NCBI GenBank assembly: GCA_963789445.1
Contig: CAWBKS010000001.1
Coordinates: 1,680,497 to 1,744,496 of the forward strand
Direction of reading: 5' to 3'
Source: an uncultured Actinomycetes bacterium
Lineage (GTDB): Bacteria > Actinomycetota > JAICYB01
DNA: 64,000 nucleotides
The notes beneath the pieces are model-generated. The model searched no databases, was not told the DNA's origin, and saw only the letters and a list, made by a program, of their open reading frames with translations. The position numbers were made by a program, and so were the translations under genes. Shown here in pieces: positions 55,677-64,000 of this stretch (positions are counted from its first letter, which is position 1; each line of letters begins with the position of its first letter).

Positions 55677-57052
55677 GAATCCTTCGCTGGCAGCAAGACG
55701 TGGAAGCGAGTGCCCCGTCCCGGGCCCGAATCAACTCGGAGATCAGCGCCGATAAGTTTTGCGTTCTCGCGCGCGATCGACATACCAAGACCGGCCCCAA
55801 CCTTGCCATCGCGTTGACGTGCACGATCGCCTCGCCAGAATCGATCGAATATGTGCGAGATCTCTTCCGCCCCGATACCCGGGCCGTTGTCAGCAACGGT
55901 GATCGTCGGTACACCGTTGTCCTGACCGAGAATGATCCGGACGTCGTCTCCGCCGCCGTGCATGACCGCGTTCTCTACGAGATTGCCAACGACTCGCTCG
56001 AGGCGTGCCTTATCTGTACGCACAACGAGGTGATCCGGACCATCGATCTCCACGGGCGTGTCTGGAGCCCGTCGCCGGACGATCTCAGTTGCGAAGTCTC
56101 GAAGATCGACTTCGTCTGAGGAAACTTGCACACCGCCCGCCTCAGCCCGCGTCAGCTCAAGTAGGTCGTTAACCAGCCTTCCCAGAGAACGCATCTCTTC
56201 TGCTGCCAATCCCACGGCGGACGCAAGCCGCGGTTGGCCGGACACACGGTCGGCTATGTAGTCGATCGACGTCTTTAGTGTGGTCAGTGGGGTGCGCAAC
56301 TCGTGCGAAACATCGGAAACGAATTGGCGCTCGCGCGCCATTCGCTCCTCGAGTGCTCGCGTCATGCGATTGAAGTCGGCCGCGAGGCGAGCAAGTTCGT
56401 CCTCCCCTTCCTCGGAAAGCCTGGTCTCAAGGCCACCCTCGGCGACCTTTCTCGCGGCATCCGCGGCGGCACGCAACGGCCTGATGGTGCGGTCAGCAAG
56501 GCGTAGACCAACCGCTCCGGCGATCACTGCTGCGACAGCTACGACGGCGACGAGAACCTGCCACAGCAGCCGAAGTGTGTCGTCGACGCCTTGGAGCGAG
56601 TAACCGAAGTACACATAGATCGGCCTACTTGTGTTCGGCACCGGCGAGCCAAAGGCGATCTGCCTGTGCCCCGGACCCTCGAAGATCGCGTACGCAAATG
56701 ATCCACGTTCGACTGCATCGCGTAGTTCCTTCGGGATCGTTCTTAGAGAAAGTCCGACTGATGTCGAGTCTGCTTCCGGTGCGTTTGGAACCTTCGCAAC
56801 AACGTCGGACCCTCTCTGTTGAAGGACCTGGAGATAGCTCTGAAGGTCCTGGCTGTTTTGCGCAAGGGTGATTCTGTCTCGGAGAAACGTGAGCTCATCG
56901 AACGTTTGCGATTTGTCGTCTTCGATGGCCTGACTCACCAGGACGCGAGCAGTAATCACATACGTCCCTAGGGCAACGAGTCCTGAAACTAGAAGCGCTC
57001 CCAAGATATAGGAGAGCGCGATCCGGAAGCGCAAAGACCGGATGCGAAGCAC
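55673..57052 (-). CDS. mtrB: sensor histidine kinase (MtrB-like; 2 TM, HAMP, HisKA, HATPase_c)
   Basis: A GTG start lies 1 nt after the mtrA stop. ...RIALSYILGALLVSGLVALGTYVI... (TM1) ...LLWQVLVAVVAVAAVIAGAVGLRLADRTIRPLRAAADAARKVAEGGLETRLSEEGEDELARLAADFNRM (HAMP) ...FVSDVSHELRTPLTTL (H-box) ...VGNLVENAVMHGG...DNGPGI...GAGLGMSI... (N/G boxes). The ORF track starts at the upstream M (57172), overlapping mtrA. Confidence 0.8.
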   Translation of the reverse strand: MLRIRSLRFRIALSYILGALLVSGLVALGTYVITARVLVSQAIEDDKSQTFDELTFLRDRITLAQNSQDLQSYLQVLQQRGSDVVAKVPNAPEADSTSVGLSLRTIPKELRDAVERGSFAYAIFEGPGHRQIAFGSPVPNTSRPIYVYFGYSLQGVDDTLRLLWQVLVAVVAVAAVIAGAVGLRLADRTIRPLRAAADAARKVAEGGLETRLSEEGEDELARLAADFNRMTRALEERMARERQFVSDVSHELRTPLTTLKTSIDYIADRVSGQPRLASAVGLAAEEMRSLGRLVNDLLELTRAEAGGVQVSSDEVDLRDFATEIVRRRAPDTPVEIDGPDHLVVRTDKARLERVVGNLVENAVMHGGGDDVRIILGQDNGVPTITVADNGPGIGAEEISHIFDRFWRGDRARQRDGKVGAGLGMSIARENAKLIGADLRVDSGPGRGTRFHVLLPAKDS

Positions 57053-57053
57053 G

Positions 57054-57743
57054 TCACTCCTCCGCGACCTTGTACCCCATGCCGCGAACGGTCTGGATGA
57101 TGTTCGGCTCGTGTGGGTCGTCCTCGATCTTCGAACGAAGCCGGCGGATGTGGACGTCAACCAGCCGGGCATCGCCGAAGTAGTCGTAGCCCCAGACTTC
57201 GGACAGCAACTGCTCGCGGGAGAAGATGCGTCCCGCTTTCGCCGCCAGGGTCGTCAGTAAGCGGAACTCGGTACGAGTGAGAGACACAGGTTCATCGTTT
57301 CGGCGCACCACACCCTCGTCCGGCCTGATCTCCAGCGGACCAACCCGATACACGCGCGGGGCGTCTTCGTCCTCGTCGGCTTGCGCGCGCCGGAGCAGCG
57401 AACGCATCCGCGCCAGAAGCTCCCGCATCTCGAAGGGTTTGGTGACGTAGTCGTCGGCGCCGGACTCCAGACCGACCACGACATCGATCGTGTCGCTCTT
57501 CGCGGTGAGCAGGATTATCGGGAGGTTGGATGTCTTACGGATCTCCCGGGCGAGCTCGAATCCGTCCCGGCCGGGAAGCATCACGTCGAGCACCATTAGA
57601 TCCGGCGCGTTGCGGCGGATGGCCTCCAAGGCCTCCTCCGCGTCGACCGCGGTGTCCACGACGTAGCCCTCTTCTTCGAGGGCCATCCTCGTGATCTCCC
57701 TAATGGATCGGTCGTCGTCGACGACCAGCAACCGGTGACTCAT
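57054..57743 (-). CDS. mtrA: OmpR-family response regulator, MtrA-like
   Basis: Intact 229 aa, MSHRLLVVDDDRSIREITRMALEEEGYVVDTAV...DLMVLDVMLPGRDGFELAREIRKTSNLPIILLTAKSDTIDVVVGLESGADDYVTKPFEMRELLARMRSLLRR... plus the wHTH ...LTRTEFRLLTTLAAKAGRIFSREQLLSEVWGYDYFGDARLVDVHIRRLRSKIEDDPHEPNIIQTVRGMGYKV. Confidence 0.85.
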   Translation of the reverse strand: MSHRLLVVDDDRSIREITRMALEEEGYVVDTAVDAEEALEAIRRNAPDLMVLDVMLPGRDGFELAREIRKTSNLPIILLTAKSDTIDVVVGLESGADDYVTKPFEMRELLARMRSLLRRAQADEDEDAPRVYRVGPLEIRPDEGVVRRNDEPVSLTRTEFRLLTTLAAKAGRIFSREQLLSEVWGYDYFGDARLVDVHIRRLRSKIEDDPHEPNIIQTVRGMGYKVAEE

Positions 57744-57816
57744 GCCTTCTAGTGTCCCTCGACTTTGCCATCGCTGAGGTGCTCTTCACCCGAAGCGAGA
57801 GGAGTAGGTTGCACCC

Positions 57817-58908
57817 ATGCCGGGGGCCGAACAACTCCGCGCCGCTCCGCAATCTAGCGCTGCATTCCGACAGATCGTCTCGGAGCTGGTGGCTTTGGAG
57901 GAGAAGCTGTTCGGCGAGGACACCGTGCTCGACGCCCAGGGTGTCCTCGAAGGCTACAAGTGGCTGTTCTCGATCCTGGCCGTCGGCCTGGACGCACACG
58001 TCTGGGCCGATCCGGACCGCCCGCGCTTCGTCGACATCGTCGGCCCCTACAAGAAGTGGGGCGGCGACAACGCCGACGCCTTCTATCTGTATGCGCCGAT
58101 CGACCCTTCCCGGACGTACCGCGTGACCGGAACGCGCCGGGACAGCGTGTATCTCTCCCTCACCGTCTACGGCGGGCCGCGGGACGGTCGCTACTCCGAA
58201 CGAATAGTCGGGACGATCAACGACCGGGAACTCACGTTCGACGCCGAGGGCAACTTCGAGCTCTGGTTGAGTCCGGAGCATCCGAACGACGGGACCTGGC
58301 TAAAGCTCGAACCGGACGGGGTGTGCGCGATCACCCGCGACTATCTGGTCGATCCCCAGACCGGGCGCCGGGCGACCTTTGATATCGAAGCGATCGATGG
58401 CCCGGACACGTGGCGCGAATCGGACGAGGATCTCGCGCGGCGTTTGACGGCAACGCTCACGTGGATCAGGGAGCAGGCGACGATCGTCCCCCTTCCGCTC
58501 GGGGAGCCCAACCATGTCGACGATCCCTATCCGGTTCCCCAGGCGACATTTGGATGGGCTGCGGGCGATGCCGCCTATGCGATGGGAAGCTTCGACCTGA
58601 GCGACGACCAAGCTCTCGTGTTGGAAGGCCGGTCACCGGAATGCGCGTTCTGGAACATGTGTCTCTGGAATCCGTTCCTGCACACCTACAACTACGACTA
58701 CGAACGCGTCACGATCAACGGGGGCCAGGTCACCTACGAGCCCGACGGTTCGTGGCGGATCGTCGTCGCGCATCGTGATCCGAGACACCCGAATTGGGTG
58801 TCGACGGCCGGACATCCCCGCGGACGGATCTGGTTCAGATGGTTCCTGCCGGCCGAGACGCCCGAGCGCGTGGAAGCGCGCGTTGTCGGCGTCGACGAGG
58901 TGACATGA
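57817..58908 (+). CDS. DUF1214(/DUF1254)-family protein, first gene of a 4-gene plus-strand operon
   Basis: Intact 363 aa, ...LEGYKWLFSILAVGLDAHVWADPDRPRFVDIVGPYKKWGGDNADAFYLYAPIDPSRTYRVTGTRRDSVYLSLTVYGGPRDG...NFELWLSPEHPNDGTWLKLEPDGVCAITRDYL... A GAGGAG SD is present. The stop overlaps the next start (ATGA). The family assignment rests on motif resemblance only. Confidence 0.45.
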   Translation: MPGAEQLRAAPQSSAAFRQIVSELVALEEKLFGEDTVLDAQGVLEGYKWLFSILAVGLDAHVWADPDRPRFVDIVGPYKKWGGDNADAFYLYAPIDPSRTYRVTGTRRDSVYLSLTVYGGPRDGRYSERIVGTINDRELTFDAEGNFELWLSPEHPNDGTWLKLEPDGVCAITRDYLVDPQTGRRATFDIEAIDGPDTWRESDEDLARRLTATLTWIREQATIVPLPLGEPNHVDDPYPVPQATFGWAAGDAAYAMGSFDLSDDQALVLEGRSPECAFWNMCLWNPFLHTYNYDYERVTINGGQVTYEPDGSWRIVVAHRDPRHPNWVSTAGHPRGRIWFRWFLPAETPERVEARVVGVDEVT

Positions 58909-60174
58909 CGACGACCCGGCCCGCTCCCGTGACCATCGACGACCTTGCCGATCCTCGATTCCCCGCCGAGGCCGTCCCTATCCGCGAAGCGATGGCCGAG
59001 ATGGGAGCTTCGATCGTCATCGAGCCCGACGCTCTGCGTGAAGCAGCAATCGCACAGACCGGCCTCGACGATTTCGGTGACCGTGCCTACGAAGAACGCT
59101 TGGATGTGCTCTGTAAAGCGCTGCGAGAGGAAGCCGGACTCAGCGCCGCCGGAAAGACGACAACGTTCACGCAGCTTGCGCAGCTTCTGGCCAACCGCCT
59201 GCTCATACAAGACCTCCTGAAAAAGCATCCCGAGATCCACGAGCTCAACATCGAGAGACCGATCGTCATCGCAGGACAACCGCGAACGGGAACCACACAC
59301 CTGCACAACCTGATGTCCTCCGATCCTTCTCTTCGCTCGCTTCCCTATTGGGAGAGCCACGAACCGGTCCTACCGGCCAGTGAACGTGATCTCGAGATCG
59401 ACCCACGTCGCGAGCGAACCGCACTGGGTCTAGACGTCATCAACACAGCCATGCCGTATTTCAAGCGCATGCACGAGATGACGCCGGATCACGTTCACGA
59501 AGAGATCCACCTTCTCGCCATCGACTTCTCGACAATGGCGTTCGAGACGATGGAGCCGATGCCGTCGTGGCGCGACTACTACAAGTCGATGGACCAAACG
59601 CCGGTCGTACGGCTACTTGAAGACGGTACTCAAGGTCCTTCAGTGGCTCCGCGGAGGAAATCGCTGGCTACTGAAGTCTCCACAGCACCTCGAACAATTC
59701 GGTCCGCTGATGACAACGTTCCCCGACGCCACGGTGGTGATCACGCACCGCGACCCGGTGGCCGTTACGGCCTCGACGGGGACGATGCTCTCTTACGTCT
59801 CGCGGCTGAGTCACGAGCGCGTTGACCCGGTGAAGATCGGCCGCTACTGGGCCGAGCGCCTAGAGGACATGTTCCGGACGTGCGTCGAGGAGCGCGAGAT
59901 CATTCCCGAGTCGCAGTCGATCGACGTCCTGTTCCACGAGTTCATGGCCGACGACGTGGCTATGGTCGAACGCGTGTATAAGGTCGCCGGACAGCCGATG
60001 ACGGCGGAAGTGCACAGGGCGATGGACGATTTCATGAAGGCCAATCCACGTGGCCGGCACGGTACCGTTCGCTACGACCTCACCGTGCTCGGACTGGACG
60101 AGGGAGAACGCCGGTCGGCATTGAGCTTCTATCCGAAGAGATTCGCGGTCCGGGAGGAGAAGATCGGCGGGTAG
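58905..60174 (+). CDS. sulfotransferase-family protein (Sulfotransfer_3/Stf-like), 1 frameshift near 59620-59640
   Basis: MTTTRPAPVTIDDLADPRF...ERPIVIAGQPRTGTTHLHNLMSSDPSLRSLPYWES (5'-PSB P-loop-like PAPS motif) ...PYFKRMHEMTPDHVHEEIHLLAIDFST..., then in a second frame ...KSPQHLEQFGPLMTTFPDATVVITHRDPVAVTASTGTMLSYVSRLSHERVDP... (3'-PB region) ...FYPKRFAVREEKIGG. Confidence 0.6.
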
Positions 60175-60180
60175 GTCAGA

Positions 60181-61446
60181 ATGTCTGCCGTGACCGCGAC
60201 CGTTACCGCCGACCAGGTGAGAGCCGAGGCTCGCGCTTGGATAGAGGAGCACTGGGATCCCGATCTTCCGCTCATCGAGTGGAGGAACCTTCTCGTTGAC
60301 TCGGGGTGGGCGGCACCGTCCTGGCCGACGGAGTTCTGTGGGCGGGGTCTGCCCGAATCCTTGGATTCCGTCGTCGAGCAGGAACTGGCGCGCGCCGGTG
60401 CGGTAGGTACGCCGACCGGTGTCGGCATGGGTCTGGCGGCGCCGACGCTCCTGCTTCACGGATCGGACGAGCTGAAGAGTCGATTGCTCCGTCCGATCCT
60501 CACGGGCGAGCACGTCTGGTGCCAGCTGTTCAGCGAGCCCGGTAGCGGTTCGGATCTCGCCGGGCTCACGTCGCACGCCGAGCTGCACGGCGACGAGTGG
60601 ATCGTCAACGGACAGAAGGTTTGGAACACGAGCGCGCATCACGCCGACTACGGACTACTCGTCGCTCGCACAGATTGGGACGTCCCCAAGCACCAAGGCG
60701 TCACTTATTTCGCGATGCCGATGAAGCAACCGGGCATCGAAGTGCGTCCGCTTCGTCAAGCCAACGGGTATTCGTCCTTCAACGAAGTCTTCATGAGCGA
60801 CGCGCGCGTCCCCGCGGCCAACGTCGTCGGCGAGATCGGCAAGGGATGGACGGTGGCGATGATGACTCTGGCGCAAGAACGCCGCGCCTTCGCGCGATTC
60901 GGCCTGCGCGGCAAGTCCAAGCGCGGGGAAGGACGCGCCGTTCGCGAGGCGGAAGCCGAAGCCGACGCGTACTTCAGCTCATACGTTTGGTATCCCCAGC
61001 GCACAGGACGAGTTGACCTCGTGATCGAACGAGCGCAGGCAGCCGGAGTAAACAACGACCCTGTCGTGCGGCAGAAGATCGCGAAGCTGCTGAGCATGCA
61101 ACGCGCGGCGCAGTGGACGTCCGAGCGCGCTCTGGCCGCGGCGAAGGCCGGTCGTGCCCCGGGACCCGAGGGATCGATCGGCAAGCTGATGGCCAGCGAG
61201 GTTGCGCGAGCGGCCGCCGAGGTGCATGGGCTGATCGCCGGGGCTTCGGGATTGGTCGCCGGCAACGACGCTCCGCTGAATGGACTGATCACTGAGGTAC
61301 TCATCTCGGTTCCCGCGATCTCGATCGCCGGTGGAACCGACGAGATACAACGGAACATCTTGGGAGAGCGGGTGCTCGGACTTCCCAAGGAGCCACAGCT
61401 CGATAAGGATCTGCCGTTCCGCGAAGTGCCCAGGGGCAGCCGTTGA
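60181..61446 (+). CDS. acyl-CoA dehydrogenase family protein
   Basis: Intact 421 aa, ...[55 protein letters not shown]... (ACAD middle-domain signature) ...[24 protein letters not shown]. Confidence 0.85.
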   Translation: MSAVTATVTADQVRAEARAWIEEHWDPDLPLIEWRNLLVDSGWAAPSWPTEFCGRGLPESLDSVVEQELARAGAVGTPTGVGMGLAAPTLLLHGSDELKSRLLRPILTGEHVWCQLFSEPGSGSDLAGLTSHAELHGDEWIVNGQKVWNTSAHHADYGLLVARTDWDVPKHQGVTYFAMPMKQPGIEVRPLRQANGYSSFNEVFMSDARVPAANVVGEIGKGWTVAMMTLAQERRAFARFGLRGKSKRGEGRAVREAEAEADAYFSSYVWYPQRTGRVDLVIERAQAAGVNNDPVVRQKIAKLLSMQRAAQWTSERALAAAKAGRAPGPEGSIGKLMASEVARAAAEVHGLIAGASGLVAGNDAPLNGLITEVLISVPAISIAGGTDEIQRNILGERVLGLPKEPQLDKDLPFREVPRGSR

Positions 61447-62453
61447 CGGTAAAAACCCGGCCGCTCGGTACTCAGGGACTCGTCGTCTCCGCGCAAGGAC
61501 TCGGCTGCATGGGTATGAGCGAGTTCTACGGCGCGGCCGACGAGGGCGAGAGCGTTGCAACCATCAATCGCGCGCTCGACCTCGGTGTGACGTTCCTAGA
61601 TACGGCCGACGTCTACGGACCGCACAAGAACGAAAAGCTCGTCGGACGAACGATCCGCGCCCGGCGAGACGAGGTCGTCCTTGCCACGAAATTCGGCATC
61701 GTCCGCGGCACGGACAATCCCGCTCGCAGCGGCGTCAATGGGAGCCCGGACTACGTTCGCTCGGCTTGCGATGCATCGCTGCAGCGGCTCGGCATCGATC
61801 ACATCGATCTCTACTACCAGCACCGCGTCGACACGACTATCCCGATCGAGGAAACCGTCGGCGCCATGGCCGGGTTGGTCGAAGCCGGAAAGGTCCGTTA
61901 TCTCGGACTTTCGGAAGCCGGACCGAACACGATCCCCCGAGCGCATGCGACGCATCCCATCAGCGCGTTACAAAGTGAGTGGTCCCTGTGGGCACGCGAC
62001 CTAGAAGCAGGAGCACTCGGCGCAGCCCGGGAGCTGGGGATCGGGATCGTGGCCTACAGCCCGCTTGGACGCGGATTTCTCACCGGTCAGATCACGTCGC
62101 GCGACGACTTTTCACCGGACGACTTCCGTCAGTTCCTGCCGCGCTTCTCGGAAGAGAATTTCGCGCGCAACCTCGAGCTGGTCGAACAGGTACGCGCGAT
62201 CGCCGACGAGAAAGGTTGCACGGCCGGACAGCTGGCGCTGGCTTGGGTGCACGCGCAAGGCGACGACGTCGTGCCGATTCCGGGAACCAAGCGCCGCTCG
62301 TACCTGGAGGAGAACGTCGCCGCCCTCGACATCTCGTTGTCACCGGAGGACCTGTCCCGACTCGAAGCGATCCTCGGCGGCGATGCCGTGGCGGGCGACC
62401 GCTATGCGGACATGAGCTGGGTCGGGCGCGAAAGTGCGCCGGCTACCGGATAG
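61443..62453 (+). CDS. aldo/keto reductase (Tas/YajO-like NADP(H) oxidoreductase)
   Basis: Intact 336 aa, ...[23 protein letters not shown]...[27 protein letters not shown]...[42 protein letters not shown]...[14 protein letters not shown]... It overlaps the ACAD stop (ATGA). Confidence 0.9.
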   Translation: MTVKTRPLGTQGLVVSAQGLGCMGMSEFYGAADEGESVATINRALDLGVTFLDTADVYGPHKNEKLVGRTIRARRDEVVLATKFGIVRGTDNPARSGVNGSPDYVRSACDASLQRLGIDHIDLYYQHRVDTTIPIEETVGAMAGLVEAGKVRYLGLSEAGPNTIPRAHATHPISALQSEWSLWARDLEAGALGAARELGIGIVAYSPLGRGFLTGQITSRDDFSPDDFRQFLPRFSEENFARNLELVEQVRAIADEKGCTAGQLALAWVHAQGDDVVPIPGTKRRSYLEENVAALDISLSPEDLSRLEAILGGDAVAGDRYADMSWVGRESAPATG

Positions 62454-62799
62454 CGCGTGAGTTCTTCTTCGCCTTCTTCGGCAGAGTTGAGGCGAAGCTC
62501 AGCCCGCGATCGATCCACGATTCGAGTGCTTTGCGCGTCCTATAGCCACCGGGACCGACGTAGACGTATCCCTTCATCGGGCGCCCAGTGAAGTCCATCG
62601 GTCTGGCATGTGGGCGCGCCAACGCTTTCTCGTGATCCTCTGCCCCCACCCGAACCATCAAGTCCTCGCCGGAAAGCCCGACGAACATGTTCCCGTTGAC
62701 CATGAAGGCGAGGCCACCGAACATCTTTCGCTCGGAGATGTCGCGGCGCGGCTCGAGAAGCTCGCGGATCCTGTCGCCGAGACGTTCGTCGTAAGCCAC
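62443..62799 (-). CDS. TfoX/Sxy N-terminal-domain protein
   Basis: A GTG start 4 nt after the MMPL stop gives (M)[59 protein letters not shown]... (TfoX_N signature KMFGG.A..VNG..F). The Arg-rich N-terminal extension of the ORF-track entry (to 62886) is probably not translated. It converges on the AKR gene and overlaps it by 11 nt. Confidence 0.5.
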   Translation of the reverse strand: MAYDERLGDRIRELLEPRRDISERKMFGGLAFMVNGNMFVGLSGEDLMVRVGAEDHEKALARPHARPMDFTGRPMKGYVYVGPGGYRTRKALESWIDRGLSFASTLPKKAKKNSRAIR

Positions 62800-62803
62800 A
62801 GAT

Positions 62804-64000
62804 CTAACGGCGCGGCGAGCTCTTCCGCGCCGGTTTCTTGGCCGTGGACTTCCTCGGCGCCGACTTGCGCACCGCCGGCTTCGCACCCGCCTTGCTCCGG
62901 CTCGATGCCTTCTTCACCTTCGGCCGCGAGACCTTCTTGGAAGCCGGTCTCCGGGAGCCGCCATCGCGTGCTTGCGCAGTAACCGGAGCCAGGACCGTGG
63001 CCGGCGCATCGGCTACGGCATCGGGCACCCGTTCGATCGAGACCTTCGGGATGATCCGGTCGAGCCAATGCGGCAGCCACCAGTTGGCGTCCCCGAAGAG
63101 CTCCATCAGCGATGGGACGACGATCATTCGGATGATGGTCGCGTCCAGGAAGATCGCGACGGCCAGCCCGAGTCCGAAGAGCTTGATCGTGCGCTCGCCG
63201 CCGAAGATCACGAAGGACAAGAACAGCGTGACCATGATCGCCGCGGCGGCGGTGATCACGCGCGCGGTTGCGGCGAGACCATCGGCGACGGCGATGTCGT
63301 TGCGCTTAGAGCGGAGGTACTCCTCGCGGATACGCGACATGAGGAAGACCTCGTAGTCCATAGACAGGCCGAAGAGGATCGCGAACAGCATCATCGGCAG
63401 GAAGGGCTCGATCGGCCCGGTGCGCTCGACACCGAACACGTCCTTGATCCATCCCCACTGGAAGATCGCGACGACCACTCCGTAGGCGGCTCCGATGCCC
63501 AGCATGTTCACGATCGCGGCCTTGAGTGGGATCAGGAGCGATCGGAAGACGACCATCAACAGCAGGAAGGAAAGGACCACCACTGCGCCGATGAAGTAAG
63601 GAAGCCGGCGTTCGAGGTAGTCACTCATGTCAACGAAGGCGGCCGTGAATCCTCCGACGTGGACCGTCGGTCCATCGGTTCCCACGAGTCGCGGGATCTC
63701 GGTGTGGAGCCGGTCGACGAGCTTTTGTGTCGCTTCGTCCTGAGGGGCGCTTCGCGGTATGACCGTCATGACGGCCGCATCGCCGCGCGGGCTGTTGCGG
63801 GGTGGCGATACGAAGGCAACGCCGTCGACCCGGCTCAACGACGACGAAAGAGTCGCGAGCGCCGTCACGTCGTCCGGGCCATCGATCTCGGCGGCCAGTA
63901 GCAGCGGACCGTTGAACCCGGGACCGAAGCCTTCGGCCAGCAGGTCGTATGCGCGCCGCGCACCGGTCGTTTCCGGATCGTTGCCCTCGTCGGAGAATCC
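62804..64000 (-). CDS. MMPL/RND-superfamily transporter, C-terminal half (gene continues beyond the window end), with a Lys/Ala/Pro-rich basic C-terminal tail
   Basis: ...VVVLSFLLLMVVFRSLLIPLKAAIVNMLGIGAAYGVVVAIFQWGW...MMLFAILFGLSMDYEVFLMSRIREEY... (MMPL TM 7-12) then the tail ...RPASKKVSRPKVKKASSRSKAGAKPAVRKSAPRKSTAKKPARKSSPRR. The frame is open to base 64000. Confidence 0.7.
   Translation of the reverse strand, partial: GFSDEGNDPETTGARRAYDLLAEGFGPGFNGPLLLAAEIDGPDDVTALATLSSSLSRVDGVAFVSPPRNSPRGDAAVMTVIPRSAPQDEATQKLVDRLHTEIPRLVGTDGPTVHVGGFTAAFVDMSDYLERRLPYFIGAVVVLSFLLLMVVFRSLLIPLKAAIVNMLGIGAAYGVVVAIFQWGWIKDVFGVERTGPIEPFLPMMLFAILFGLSMDYEVFLMSRIREEYLRSKRNDIAVADGLAATARVITAAAAIMVTLFLSFVIFGGERTIKLFGLGLAVAIFLDATIIRMIVVPSLMELFGDANWWLPHWLDRIIPKVSIERVPDAVADAPATVLAPVTAQARDGGSRRPASKKVSRPKVKKASSRSKAGAKPAVRKSAPRKSTAKKPARKSSPRR

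Overview
This is a roughly 70% GC window of a compact bacterial chromosome, most likely from a high-GC Actinomycetota lineage. Overlapping stop/start codons are common. Nearly all genes in the first 52 kb are on the minus strand. Reading the minus strand from high to low coordinates, the conserved core is: (i) MMPL transporter, TfoX-N protein, and (on the plus strand, 57.8-62.5 kb) a four-gene DUF1214/sulfotransferase/acyl-CoA dehydrogenase/aldo-keto reductase operon; (ii) an MtrA/MtrB-like two-component system with a GerMN lipoprotein; (iii) a small holin-X/DUF3618/DUF192 cluster; (iv) the mycobacterial-type block rsmI-metG-tatD-rpfB-like-rsmA-ispE-tRNA-Gln-glmU-prs-ctc-pth-mfd-PPIase-mazG-eno-ftsB; (v) rpoB-rpoC, tlyA, a stand-alone winged-helix protein, then the str operon (rpsL-rpsG-fusA-tuf); (vi) the complete S10, spc and alpha ribosomal-protein operons (rpsJ through rplQ, including secY-adk-map) with truA, rplM and rpsI; (vii) a frameshifted geranylgeranyl-reductase-family gene, a secreted SMP-30-like lipoprotein, a small membrane protein and a partial alpha/beta hydrolase. 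No CRISPR array, IS element, prophage or defence island was found. The most striking global property is that many genes are interrupted by 1-nt indels (rpoA, rpoC, rpsD, rpsK, rplQ, map, eno, mfd, pth and others), and these are strongly clustered (1.8-9.0 kb, 27.44-27.64 kb, 34.7-42.7 kb), while a 17 kb stretch with about 34 ribosomal genes is clean except for rplO. This looks like local assembly or consensus error rather than biology. Coordinates of the broken genes are approximate. Local points of interest: tandem and hexanucleotide repeats inside the acidic C-terminal tail of uL17; infA missing from its usual map-rpmJ position; a stand-alone OmpR-type wHTH protein abutting the rpsL promoter; GGGCCC-bounded palindromic hairpins; AT-rich direct repeats in a promoter region; and an uncharacterised sulfotransferase-containing operon.
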